Assembly: GCA_963822895.1 (NCBI GenBank)
Contig: CAWGJI010000019.1
Coordinates: 307,456-371,455, forward strand
Source: an uncultured Acidobacteriota bacterium
GTDB taxonomy: Bacteria > Actinomycetota > Acidimicrobiia > Spongiisociales > ZC4RG35
Reading direction: 5' to 3'
Length of the DNA stretch: 64,000 nucleotides
Below the pieces are notes generated by a model. That model worked only from the letters and a program-made list of their open reading frames with translations, was not told the DNA's origin and did not search any database. Numbering within the stretch: the stretch's first letter is position 1; each line of letters opens with the position of its first letter. A program made the translations under genes and the position numbers. Positions 46,630 through 55,507 of this stretch are shown piece after piece.

Positions 46630-47111
46630 TCGTGTTCGACGTCGTCTTCTATCGACCGGAGATACCCCCCAACACGGGGAACGCGATGCGCTTGGCCGCG
46701 GTGACGGGATCGCGGCTCCACCTGATCGAGCCCCTCGGCTTCGAGATGGACGACGCCCGGCTTCGGCGGGCCGGCATGGACTATCGGGACAAGGCAACGG
46801 TCACGGTCCATGCCACTGTGGGAGATTGGAGGGCCTCGACGTCACCCACCCGTATCTTCGCCCTCACCGTCGATGCCACTCGGAGCTTCTACGAGGTGGG
46901 CTTCCGACCCGGCGACGCCTTCCTGTTCGGCCCCGAGTCGGTGGGGCTGCCGGAGGATCTCGAGGTTGCGCCTTGGGTCGATGCCGCCCTCCGTCTTCCC
47001 ATGGTCCCCGGGGTCAGGTCGCTGAATCTGTCGAACGCGGCAGCAATCGTCGTCTATGAGGCATGGCGTCAGCAGGGCTTTGCCGGTAGCGAGCGAGATC
47101 AGACTGTCTGA
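46626..47111 (+). CDS. trmL: tRNA (cytidine/uridine-2'-O-)-methyltransferase TrmL (SpoU family)
   Basis: Contains [24 protein letters not shown] and RSLNLSNA. The start is TTG 46626 or GTG 46632, overlapping the nucS stop. Confidence 0.9.
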   Translation: MIVFDVVFYRPEIPPNTGNAMRLAAVTGSRLHLIEPLGFEMDDARLRRAGMDYRDKATVTVHATVGDWRASTSPTRIFALTVDATRSFYEVGFRPGDAFLFGPESVGLPEDLEVAPWVDAALRLPMVPGVRSLNLSNAAAIVVYEAWRQQGFAGSERDQTV

Positions 47112-48449
47112 TCAGCCGGCCAGGACCTGGAAGGCGATGGCCTCTGAGAGGGCGGCTCTCTCCAGATCCCCCAAATCCTGGCTCTCGTTCGGGGCGTGGA
47201 TCGCGCTCGTGGGGTCGCCGCACCCGATGACGATGATCGGCGCCTCCGGGAACAGCTCGGCGAAGGTGGCGATGAACGGGATCGAGCCACCTGCCCCCAT
47301 GGCGACGGGGGATGTGTCATAGGCTTCCTCGAAGCCCGTCGTCCATGCCCTGACCGCCGAATTGTCGGTGTCGAGGTTCGAGGCGTCCCCCAACTCCGAA
47401 TGGATGAACTCGATCTGGGAGCCCCAGGGTGCATGGGAGATGAGATGAGCCCGGAGGGCCTCGGCAGCGGCCTTGGTGTCCTGGGCCGGTGGGATCCGAA
47501 GGCTGATCTTCGCCCGTGTGACCGGGATCAGCTGGTTGATGGCCTCCTTGACGGCCGGGGCGTCCAGCGCCAATGTCGAGATCGAGGGTTTGGTCCAGAG
47601 ACGCCCGGGGATGGACCCGTCGCCGATCTGCTCGACGCCTTCCACCGCACCTGTGAGCTCGCGTGCCATCTCCTCGGAGATGTCCAGCCCGTCGGCTGGC
47701 TCACCGCCAACCAAGCCTTTCACCGCCACGTTGCCGTCGTCGTCATGCAACGAGGCGATGAGCCGGGCCATGGCGCTCAATGCATCCGGATACACCCCTC
47801 CGTACTGACCTGAGTGAACCGGTGCCTTCAGGGTCCTCAACTCGACCGTGAATGACACCAGTCCCCTCAAGGACGTGAGGAAGGCGGGCACACCGACCTG
47901 CCAGTTGCCACCGTCCCCGATCACGATCACATCCGGATGCAGCAGATCGGAGTACTTGTCCAGGATCGCCTCGAGGCTCTCCGAGCCGGCCTCCTCTTCG
48001 CCCTCGAAGAACAACTGGACACCGACCGGGGGCTTCCCGCCATGGGCGGCCACCGCCCCGAGATGCATGACTATCCCCGCCTTGTCGTCTGATGCCCCCC
48101 GGCCGTACAGGCGCCCGTCTCGAATCTCTGGGGTGAATGGCCCGGTCTCCCAGTCCTCCAGCGGCCCGGGCGGCTGTACGTCATAGTGGGCGTAGAGCAA
48201 GACGGTGGGGGAGCCGGCAGGTCCTTCGATCTCACCGAACACTGCCGGGTTGCCACTCTCGACTCCGAGCAACCGTGCGTTCCGAAACCCGGCTTCTTCG
48301 ACCAATGCGACTATCTGGTCGGCGGCACCCTCCACCTCAGCGGGGTCATACCCGGGCGCGCTGACCGAGCGCAGCCGGACGAGATTCCCCAGCATCTGGG
48401 TCAGTCGGGGGAGATCGGAACTTACCTTTTCACGGAGATCGTCGTGCAT
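47112..48449 (-). CDS. M20-family dipeptidase
   Basis: Contains YAHYDVQP, GRGASDDK and FEGEEEAGS. I chose the ATG at 48449 inside ORF 47112-48500. Confidence 0.9.
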   Translation of the reverse strand: MHDDLREKVSSDLPRLTQMLGNLVRLRSVSAPGYDPAEVEGAADQIVALVEEAGFRNARLLGVESGNPAVFGEIEGPAGSPTVLLYAHYDVQPPGPLEDWETGPFTPEIRDGRLYGRGASDDKAGIVMHLGAVAAHGGKPPVGVQLFFEGEEEAGSESLEAILDKYSDLLHPDVIVIGDGGNWQVGVPAFLTSLRGLVSFTVELRTLKAPVHSGQYGGVYPDALSAMARLIASLHDDDGNVAVKGLVGGEPADGLDISEEMARELTGAVEGVEQIGDGSIPGRLWTKPSISTLALDAPAVKEAINQLIPVTRAKISLRIPPAQDTKAAAEALRAHLISHAPWGSQIEFIHSELGDASNLDTDNSAVRAWTTGFEEAYDTSPVAMGAGGSIPFIATFAELFPEAPIIVIGCGDPTSAIHAPNESQDLGDLERAALSEAIAFQVLAG

Positions 48450-48509
48450 GCGGCGACAGTAACCGACCGTTTCTCTCGTGAAGACGCCCGGTTGGGCCAA
48501 TATGGTGCC

Positions 48510-49211
48510 GTGTTCTCATTTCGGGTCTTTGGAATCCCTGTCAAGGTCAATGCCTCGTTCCTTCTCGTCGCTGCGTTGTTGGGGCTTTCCGGGGGTCGAG
48601 TGTCGCTGGTCCTGACCTGGGTCGGTGTCGTCTTCGTGTCGATCCTCGTGCACGAGCTGGGTCATGCCCTCACGGCCCGCTCATTCGGCGCCACCGTCGC
48701 GATCGAGCTCAACGGCATTGGCGGTCTCACCAAGTGGAGCGGCACGGAGGAACAGTTAGGCCCCGGTCGGAGGGCTGCCATAGCTGCCGCCGGGTCGGCG
48801 GTCGGTGTGATCTTTGGTGCCCTGATCTGGGTCTTCGAGCAGACGACCGGCCCATATGGGGGAGAACTCGGATTCACCATCTCCACATTGGTCTGGGTCA
48901 ATGTCTTCTGGGGCCTGCTCAATTGGCTGCCCATTCGACCCTTGGACGGCGGGCACCTGCTGGTGTCGCTTCTGCAGAAGCTGGCTCCAACGCGGGTGGT
49001 GGTGATCTCCAACGTGATCTTCCTCGTCAGCTCCGCCGCGGCTCTGGCGGTCTCTCTCTTGCTTCATCTCTATTTCGTGGCGTTTCTCGCCGGGTGGCTC
49101 CTGCTCGGTGAGTTGAGCCAGGGCAGACCGCGTCGCCCTGCAGTCCCGATCCCGCCGATGACATTCGATCCGCCAGAGCCTGCAGAGGAGCCCGACAAGA
49201 CCGACGGCTAG
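48510..49211 (+). CDS. M50-family site-2 metalloprotease
   Basis: HELGHAL zinc motif and LNWLPIRPLDGG. The start is GTG 48510 or TTG 48492 inside ORF 48186-49211. Confidence 0.85.
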   Translation: MFSFRVFGIPVKVNASFLLVAALLGLSGGRVSLVLTWVGVVFVSILVHELGHALTARSFGATVAIELNGIGGLTKWSGTEEQLGPGRRAAIAAAGSAVGVIFGALIWVFEQTTGPYGGELGFTISTLVWVNVFWGLLNWLPIRPLDGGHLLVSLLQKLAPTRVVVISNVIFLVSSAAALAVSLLLHLYFVAFLAGWLLLGELSQGRPRRPAVPIPPMTFDPPEPAEEPDKTDG

Positions 49212-49231
49212 CCGAGCTAGCGTTTCCTGTC

Positions 49232-50470
49232 ATGGACTTTGCCTACGGCGAGAAGGTGGATGAGCTCAGACGTCGGGTGAACACCTTCATGGAAGAGCAG
49301 GTGTACCCGGCCGAGGCCGTCTATCAGCGTGAGATGGATGCTGTGGGAGATCCCCATCACCATCCGGCCATCATCGAGCAGCTCAAGAGCGAGGCCCGTG
49401 CGCGTGCCCTGTGGAACCTGTTCCTCCCGGATCCCGATGTCGGAGGCGGCCTTTCGGTTCAGGAGTACGCCCCGTTGGCCGAGATCACCGGGCGGAGCCC
49501 GGAGATCGCCCCCGAGGCGATCAATTGCTCCGCTCCCGACACCGGGAACATGGAGATACTCCACATGTTCGGCACCGACGAGCAGAAGGAGCGATGGCTT
49601 CACCCTCTTCTGGACGGAGAGATCCGCTCGTGCTTCTCGATGACCGAGCCTGATGTCGCCAGCTCCGACGCAACGAACATCAGAACCCGCATCGAAAGGG
49701 TGGGGGACGAGTTCGTCATCACGGGCCGTAAATGGTTCAGCTCGGGGGCGGCCTCGCCCCGGTGCAAGGTTTCGATCGTCATGGGGGTGACGTCACCGGA
49801 GGCAGATCCCCATCGGCGGCAGTCGATGGTGATCGTCCCCATGGACAGCCCAGGTGTGGAGGTCGAGCGAGAGCCCACCGTCTTCGGCTATCAGGACCGC
49901 GGTGGTCACCCACAGATCCTCTTCGATCGAGTGCGGGTCCCGGTCGGGAACCTCCTCGGTGAGGAAGGTGGCGGGTTTGCCATCGCCCAGGCCCGACTCG
50001 GCCCGGGGCGCATCCACCACTGCATGCGCGCCATCGGTGCGTCGGAGCGGTGTCTCGACCTGATGGTGCAACGTTCGCAAGCGAGGATTGCGTTCGGGCG
50101 GCCACTGTCGGACCAAGGTGTCATTAGGGAGTGGATCGCCGATGCGCGAATGGCAATCGAGCAAGCCCGGCTCCTGGTGCTGAAGACTGCCTGGATGATC
50201 GACAATGTTGGCGTGAAGGCGGCTCGGACGGAGATCGCTGCGATCAAGGTCGTGGCCCCAAACCTCCTCACGACCGTGACGGACAAGGCCATCCAGCTGT
50301 TTGGGGCGGCCGGCTTCACCGAGGACTATCCACTGGCCCGTCTCTACGCCATGGGCAGGTGGCTCAGGATCGCCGACGGGCCCGACGAGGTCCATCGTCG
50401 ATCGGTCGCTCGAGCAGAGCTGGGGCGTCTCGATCCCGGTGCGATCCCCGAGCCGTTCGATTTCGACTGA
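49232..50470 (+). CDS. Acyl-CoA dehydrogenase
   Basis: Contains CFSMTEPDVASSD and the C-terminal QLFGAAGFTEDYPLARLY. Confidence 0.92.
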   Translation: MDFAYGEKVDELRRRVNTFMEEQVYPAEAVYQREMDAVGDPHHHPAIIEQLKSEARARALWNLFLPDPDVGGGLSVQEYAPLAEITGRSPEIAPEAINCSAPDTGNMEILHMFGTDEQKERWLHPLLDGEIRSCFSMTEPDVASSDATNIRTRIERVGDEFVITGRKWFSSGAASPRCKVSIVMGVTSPEADPHRRQSMVIVPMDSPGVEVEREPTVFGYQDRGGHPQILFDRVRVPVGNLLGEEGGGFAIAQARLGPGRIHHCMRAIGASERCLDLMVQRSQARIAFGRPLSDQGVIREWIADARMAIEQARLLVLKTAWMIDNVGVKAARTEIAAIKVVAPNLLTTVTDKAIQLFGAAGFTEDYPLARLYAMGRWLRIADGPDEVHRRSVARAELGRLDPGAIPEPFDFD

Positions 50471-50506
50471 CGTCTCAGTTTCGGTCGCCGCCAGACCCGA
50501 TGTTGG

Positions 50507-51019
50507 CTACTTGGTCGCCTTGTACTCCGCTTGTGCTGCCGCCTTGGCGTCGTTGGCGGCTTGCTTGGCGGCGTTCTGGGCATCCTTTGCCGCAGCCTTG
50601 GAGGCGTTGAACTGTGCGTTGGCCTGTTGGTTTGCCACCGTGCGGTCACTCTTGGGGAGTGCTTTGTTTGCCTCGAGCTGGGCCGCCTTGATCGCATTGG
50701 CTTCTGCCAGCGCAGTCTGATAGCTGCTGTTGGCTTCGTCGGTCGCCTTGCTCCAGTCGGCCTGAGCCTGGTCCCATTTCTCTTTTGGCGTCATGGCCGG
50801 TCCGGTGGTGGTCGTGGTGTCGCCGTCCTCCAGACCGGTAGCGCCAAAGGCCGCAGGAACCTGACCGAAACTGTCAGAGGTGTTGGTGCCCACGGTCCTG
50901 ATCGCCGCGATGCCGACCATGGCGATGAGGGAGACGAGGAGAGCGTAGGAGACCATGCTCACACCGCGGTCCCAGAAGTGTCCAGGTCGTCTCTCCCCTG
51001 ATCGAAGCCCTCTTTTCAT
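50507..51019 (-). CDS. Membrane-anchored Ala/Gln/Lys-rich protein with a Flp-pilin-like N-terminus
   Basis: MKRGLRSGERRPGHFWDRGVSMVSYALLVSLIAMVGIAAI resembles a Flp leader plus G/xxxxEY hydrophobic segment, with SY in place of EY. A tail of about 110 aa, rich in coiled-coil-like repeats, follows. Confidence 0.6.
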   Translation of the reverse strand: MKRGLRSGERRPGHFWDRGVSMVSYALLVSLIAMVGIAAIRTVGTNTSDSFGQVPAAFGATGLEDGDTTTTTGPAMTPKEKWDQAQADWSKATDEANSSYQTALAEANAIKAAQLEANKALPKSDRTVANQQANAQFNASKAAAKDAQNAAKQAANDAKAAAQAEYKATK

Positions 51020-51165
51020 CGCGGGATGATCGGCATCCCGAGCCCGGGCTGACTGGGTCTGGGGGATCATCGCAAAATTTACGGTGTAAGTCGCGTTAGG
51101 GAGGTTAATCCGGGCGGCCAATCGGGAACGAAAAGGGTTGAAGAAGCGTTTACGCGAATCGAGAA

Positions 51166-51444
51166 ATGATTGAGCCACTGATGTTTGATGTGAAGTACTC
51201 CCCGTGGAGGGAGGAGGCAGCCTGTCTCCAGGCCGGAGACGACGTGGACTTCTTCCCCGATGCCGAGGATCTTGGCGCCATCGCCAAGGCGAAGGCGGTC
51301 TGTGCCGGGTGCCCGGTCGCGTCCGAGTGCCTTACCTGGGCCATCGAGACCAACCAGGGCGAAGGGATCTGGGGCGGTCACACATCCAAGGAGAGACGCT
51401 CCCTCCGTCGTCGCTGGATCGAGGAGATCGAGAAGGCTTCCTGA
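51166..51444 (+). CDS. whiB: WhiB-family transcriptional regulator
   Basis: Four Cys residues (C-x-C..C.....C) and the GIWGG turn with a basic tail. Confidence 0.92.
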   Translation: MIEPLMFDVKYSPWREEAACLQAGDDVDFFPDAEDLGAIAKAKAVCAGCPVASECLTWAIETNQGEGIWGGHTSKERRSLRRRWIEEIEKAS

Positions 51445-51460
51445 CGGGTAGGGTCTCGCG

Positions 51461-52513
51461 CTAGCGGCGTCGCTCTGCCGGCTCGTCTCGCTCGGGGCCA
51501 TGTTCGGTGGCGATGTGCAGGAGTGCATCCCCCGGATTCACCAGGGGATTCAGGGTCCGGGCAATGACCCACCCACTGCGGGGGGACTTGACCTGGGTCG
51601 GTCGGACACCGAATGCATCCGAGATCTGTGCAACCACGTCACCGGTGCTCACCCTGTCGCCCAAACCAACGTCTATCTCCGCCAGGCCACCACGTCTCGC
51701 CCTGACCCATTGTGTGCGGCGGACCAGGCGCGTCGGTGCGGGTCGAGGCAGACGCATGTCCACCATCTTCATCGAGCGCAGGGTCCGGAGAACGCCGTCG
51801 ACGCCGAAGCGGACGGCCTCGTCATCGACCCGATCGGCCTGCCCGGCCTCGAAGAGCAGCATCTTGATCCCCAACTCCGTTGCTGCCTGGCGCATTGAGC
51901 CATCGCGCAGACGGCTCTTGATGGTGAATGGCGCGCCAAACGCCCGCGCCAGCTTCAGGGTCTCGGCGTCGTCGACGTCGGCCCGGATCTGGGGGATGTT
52001 GGTTCGATCGTTGCTGGCCGTGTGACAATCGATGCCAACCGAGCAATGGGATACCACCTCGGTCATGAAGAGGTGGGCCAGACGCGAGGCGGTCGAGCCT
52101 CGTGCCGATCCGGGAAAGGAGCGATTGAGGTCACGACGATCCGGGAGGTACCTCGATCGCATCAGAAAGCCCAATGGGTTGGCGATCGGGACGGCTATGA
52201 CCGCCCCACGCAGGTTCTTGGCATCGAGTGAGCGCATGACGCGTCGGACGACTTCGACCCCGTTGACCTCGTCGCCGTGAACGCCTCCGGAAACCCAAAC
52301 CACGGGCCCTGACGTCCGCCCGTTGATGACCGCTATCGGCAGTGAGGCAAGCGAGCCGGTCGGCATTCGTGCCACAGGGAGCTCGATCTTCATCTTCCTG
52401 CCTGGAGGCACCGTCATCTCCCCGATGGTGATCGGGTCGTTGCGTCTCTCAGGCACGGCCGCGTCGTTGCGGTTCGGTGTCGGCGTTGTCCTCCATGAAC
52501 TCGACGATCGCAT
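51461..52513 (-). CDS. Succinylglutamate desuccinylase / aspartoacylase-family (M14-like) protein
   Basis: Contains [17 protein letters not shown] and IDCHT. An alternative GTG start at 52456 would reduce the overlap with rimK to 8 nt. Confidence 0.85.
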   Translation of the reverse strand: MRSSSSWRTTPTPNRNDAAVPERRNDPITIGEMTVPPGRKMKIELPVARMPTGSLASLPIAVINGRTSGPVVWVSGGVHGDEVNGVEVVRRVMRSLDAKNLRGAVIAVPIANPLGFLMRSRYLPDRRDLNRSFPGSARGSTASRLAHLFMTEVVSHCSVGIDCHTASNDRTNIPQIRADVDDAETLKLARAFGAPFTIKSRLRDGSMRQAATELGIKMLLFEAGQADRVDDEAVRFGVDGVLRTLRSMKMVDMRLPRPAPTRLVRRTQWVRARRGGLAEIDVGLGDRVSTGDVVAQISDAFGVRPTQVKSPRSGWVIARTLNPLVNPGDALLHIATEHGPERDEPAERRR

Positions 52514-53348
52514 CTGCGATGTCGATCCCGCTGGCCTCCTCTATGCCCTCTAGGCCGGGTGAGGAATTCACCTCGAGCACCATCGGCCCGCTCTCCGACT
52601 GCACCATGTCCACTCCGGCGACGTTCAGCTCCATGGTCCTTGCGGCGCGCACCGCCGTGGCTCGCTCGCCCGGGGTCAGCTTGACCGCCTCGGCGCTGCC
52701 CCCGCGGTGCAGGTTGGAGCGGAACTCGCCCGGCGGAGCCTGGCGCTTCATGGCTGCGATGACCTTGCCGCCTACGACGAAGGCCCTGATGTCGGCGCCG
52801 CGGGCTTCTTTGATGAACTCCTGGACGAGGATGTTGGCATCGAGTTGGCGGAAAGCCGAGATGACCGACTCGGCAGCCTTCTTGGTCTCTGCCAGCACGA
52901 CTCCGAGGCCCTGGGTTCCCTCGAGCAGCTTGATGACGACCGGTGTACCGCCCACCACCTCGAGGAGGCCGTCTATGTCCTGCGTCGAATGGGCGAAACT
53001 TGTCGTTGGCAGCCCCACTCCCGCCCTGGACAGCAATTGGAGTGAGCGGAGCTTGTCCCGGGAGCGGCTGATGGCCTGCGACTCGTTGAGGGTGAAGATC
53101 CCGGCCATCTCGAATTGGCGGACGACGGCGGTCCCATAGAAGGTATAGGTGGCCCCAATCCGCGGGATGACCGCGTCGGGGCTCACATGCTCGCCTCTGA
53201 ACAACACCTTTGGCTTGCGGGCGGTGATGTCCATGTAGCAGCGGAGGTAGTCGACGACGGAGACCTCGTGCCCTCGATCGACAGCAGCCTGCTTGAGGCG
53301 CTTGGTCGAGTACAGCCCCGAGTTGCGAGACAGTATGGCGATCTTCAC
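52449..53348 (-). CDS. rimK: RimK-family alpha-L-glutamate ligase (ATP-grasp)
   Basis: (V)[17 protein letters not shown]... and the ATP-grasp motifs [13 protein letters not shown] and [15 protein letters not shown] start. Confidence 0.92.
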   Translation of the reverse strand: MKIAILSRNSGLYSTKRLKQAAVDRGHEVSVVDYLRCYMDITARKPKVLFRGEHVSPDAVIPRIGATYTFYGTAVVRQFEMAGIFTLNESQAISRSRDKLRSLQLLSRAGVGLPTTSFAHSTQDIDGLLEVVGGTPVVIKLLEGTQGLGVVLAETKKAAESVISAFRQLDANILVQEFIKEARGADIRAFVVGGKVIAAMKRQAPPGEFRSNLHRGGSAEAVKLTPGERATAVRAARTMELNVAGVDMVQSESGPMVLEVNSSPGLEGIEEASGIDIADAIVEFMEDNADTEPQRRGRA

Positions 53349-53806
53349 TGTGTTCCTTCCCTCCCCGGTCTCTCACCCACGTAGCTGCGTCCTGGATCGA
53401 CCATGAACGTCTTGCGGATGGTTCTCCGACCCAGGAGCATTCGAAATCCCATCTCGTCCCGGCTCGTCAGGTTCACCAGCGCCTCCATCTCCACGCCCGC
53501 CACTATCACCGGTGTTCGGATCACTGGCCTGAGCTCGGTTCGACCACCCGGGTTCTTCACCTTCTTCTCGGTGACCAGCGGGGCCTCGCATTGGATCGCA
53601 GGCTTTCGAGTGCGGCGTTTTGGGTGGATCTCGAACCGAACGTAGTCGACACCGTCTTTGGAGAACCTCTCGAGGTTGAACGTGTGCAACGAGGAGTTGT
53701 CGGCACCGGTGTCCACCTTTGCCTTCATCTCGATGACGCCCAAATCCGGGAGCTGGACCCACTCTCTCCAACCGATGACTCTTTTCTTCCCTGCCTTTGG
53801 GCTCAT
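53345..53806 (-). CDS. RimK-associated putative ATP-dependent zinc protease / retropepsin-like protein (DUF785 type)
   Basis: [35 protein letters not shown] overlap with the rimK start. I chose the ATG at 53806 inside ORF 53345-53911. Confidence 0.82.
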   Translation of the reverse strand: MSPKAGKKRVIGWREWVQLPDLGVIEMKAKVDTGADNSSLHTFNLERFSKDGVDYVRFEIHPKRRTRKPAIQCEAPLVTEKKVKNPGGRTELRPVIRTPVIVAGVEMEALVNLTSRDEMGFRMLLGRRTIRKTFMVDPGRSYVGERPGREGTQ

Positions 53807-53990
53807 GTCGAGGCCTTGGCAGCAGCCTGTCGGGCGGCCAGCCAGGTCGTGATGGGGACGGCCGCCACGAGGCCGATCGATCCAGGTTCTAAAGGGTGAT
53901 GGCGACACCACCTATTCGATCCGATTAGACGCTCGAAGTCGGTCTGCTCTGGCGACACATCGGAATCGTAGGGCTCGCTACGTTCACGGC

Positions 53991-54731
53991 ATGAGCACAA
54001 GACATTCATTGGTCACCGGGGCGGCCAGCGGCATCGGCCGGGCCATCGCCACCCGTCTCGTCACGGATGGCCATGACGTCCTGGCCGTCGACCTGAAGCC
54101 GGACGAGACCGGACCTGGCATCCCCTTCGCCGCCGACCTGACCACGGTCGCCGGGAACCGGGGTGCAGTGGAGCACGCCATTGAGCTCTTCGGTGGTCTG
54201 GATCTGGTCGTGCCCTGCGCCGGCTTCCAAAGCGTCGCCCCGGTACCGGAGTTCGAGGACGAGACCTGGCAGTCGATGATCTCTCTACTCCTCACCAGCC
54301 CCTTTCTCCTGAGCAAGTACTCCTGGGAGCACCTGCGGGAGTCGGGTAGGGGCCAGATCGTGATCATCGCCTCCGTCCACGGCATCGTCGCCTCTCCGTT
54401 CAAGTCCGCCTATGTGTCGGCCAAGCATGGTGTTCTCGGCCTGACCAAGGTCCTTGCCCTCGAGGGAGCGGAACACGGCATCAGGGCGGTGGCGATCTGC
54501 CCGGGATATGTCCGGACGCCCTTGGTCGAAGGACAGATCCCCGCACAGGCGGCCGCCCATCACATGGCGGAGGAAGAGGTGTTGCGGGAGGTGATCCTGG
54601 CACCCCATGCCGTCAAGGAGTTGATCGAGCCGGAGGAGGTGGCGGACACAGTCGCCTTCTTGCTCACCGACGCCGGCCGGAGCTTCACCGGTGTGCCAAT
54701 GGTCATGGACATGGGTTGGTCTGCTCGATGA
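53991..54731 (+). CDS. SDR-family oxidoreductase (3-hydroxybutyrate dehydrogenase-like)
   Basis: TGAASGIGRAIA cofactor motif and the YVSAKHG catalytic motif. Confidence 0.9.
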   Translation: MSTRHSLVTGAASGIGRAIATRLVTDGHDVLAVDLKPDETGPGIPFAADLTTVAGNRGAVEHAIELFGGLDLVVPCAGFQSVAPVPEFEDETWQSMISLLLTSPFLLSKYSWEHLRESGRGQIVIIASVHGIVASPFKSAYVSAKHGVLGLTKVLALEGAEHGIRAVAICPGYVRTPLVEGQIPAQAAAHHMAEEEVLREVILAPHAVKELIEPEEVADTVAFLLTDAGRSFTGVPMVMDMGWSAR

Positions 54732-54737
54732 GCACGC

Positions 54738-54781
54738 TTACTAAATCTGCTATTTGACATATCAGATTTAGTAGATATAGT
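54738..54781 (+). promoter_or_regulatory. Near-consensus sigma-70-type promoter overlapped by a perfect 10-bp inverted repeat, upstream of hsp20
   Basis: TTGACA (54754-54759), a 16-nt spacer, then TATAGT (54776-54781). ACTAAATCTG (54740-54749) is the exact reverse complement of CAGATTTAGT (54763-54772). AGGAGG lies at 54805-54810 and the ATG at 54820. Confidence 0.6.
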
Positions 54782-54819
54782 TGACTGTAGTAATCGAATT
54801 CAATAGGAGGTAAGCGAAG

Positions 54820-55233
54820 ATGTTGATGCGTTCAGATCCATTTGGTGATCTCGATCGTCTCACCCGTCAGATCTGGGGATCCAACCGGTTCAGTTTCATG
54901 CCGGTCGATGCCTACCGGAAGGATGATCGGTTCTGGCTTCACATCGATCTCCCGGGTGTAGATCCCGAGTCGATCGACCTGACCATGGAGCGTGACACCC
55001 TCACGGTGAGCGCTACCCGCGAGTGGCAGCGTGACGAGGGGATGCAGGTGTTGCTCAACGAGCGGCCGGAGGGGACCTTCTCCCGTCAGTTCTTCTTGGG
55101 TGAGGGTCTCGACTCCGATCACATCGAGGCCGGCTATGACCACGGTGTGCTCACCGTATCCATCCCGGTCGCCGAGACCGCCAAGCCCCGCAAGATCGAG
55201 GTGGGAACGGTCCACGAGGCGCTCAGCGTCTGA
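54820..55233 (+). CDS. Hsp20 / alpha-crystallin-family small heat shock protein
   Basis: Alpha-crystallin domain with DLPGVDPESIDLTMERDTLTVSA and GVLTVSIPV. Confidence 0.93.
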   Translation: MLMRSDPFGDLDRLTRQIWGSNRFSFMPVDAYRKDDRFWLHIDLPGVDPESIDLTMERDTLTVSATREWQRDEGMQVLLNERPEGTFSRQFFLGEGLDSDHIEAGYDHGVLTVSIPVAETAKPRKIEVGTVHEALSV

Positions 55234-55253
55234 CCTTTTCCGCTCCGTCCAGA

Positions 55254-55291
55254 GAGTCCCGGTCACTGCGACCGGGACTCTTTTCTTGTTT
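55254..55291 (+). terminator. Intrinsic terminator after hsp20
   Basis: GAGTCCCGGTC (55254-55264), loop ACTGC, GACCGGGACTC (55270-55280), then TTTTCTTGTTT. Confidence 0.8.
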
Positions 55292-55327
55292 GGATGCGAA
55301 GGCGACTCCTGGGCACAATGTCTCGTG

Positions 55328-55486
55328 ATGAGTGATGGCGAAAAGACTCAGTTGTCCGACGAGAGGCCGCAAAGGCCGCCCTGGCTGATCGGCCTCATCC
55401 TTGCCATCGTGATCTTCATCGTCATCGTCGTGCTGGCCAACATCCTCGGATTCGGGGACGATCCTTCGCTTGGCGCATTTGGCTGA
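55328..55486 (+). CDS. Possible small membrane protein (52 aa)
   Basis: MSDGEKTQLSDERPQRPPWLIGLILAIVIFIVIVVLANILGFG has one clear transmembrane helix. It is short, so this call is tentative. Confidence 0.4.
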   Translation: MSDGEKTQLSDERPQRPPWLIGLILAIVIFIVIVVLANILGFGDDPSLGAFG

Positions 55487-55507
55487 TCGGCTAGTCCGCT
55501 CTCGGAG

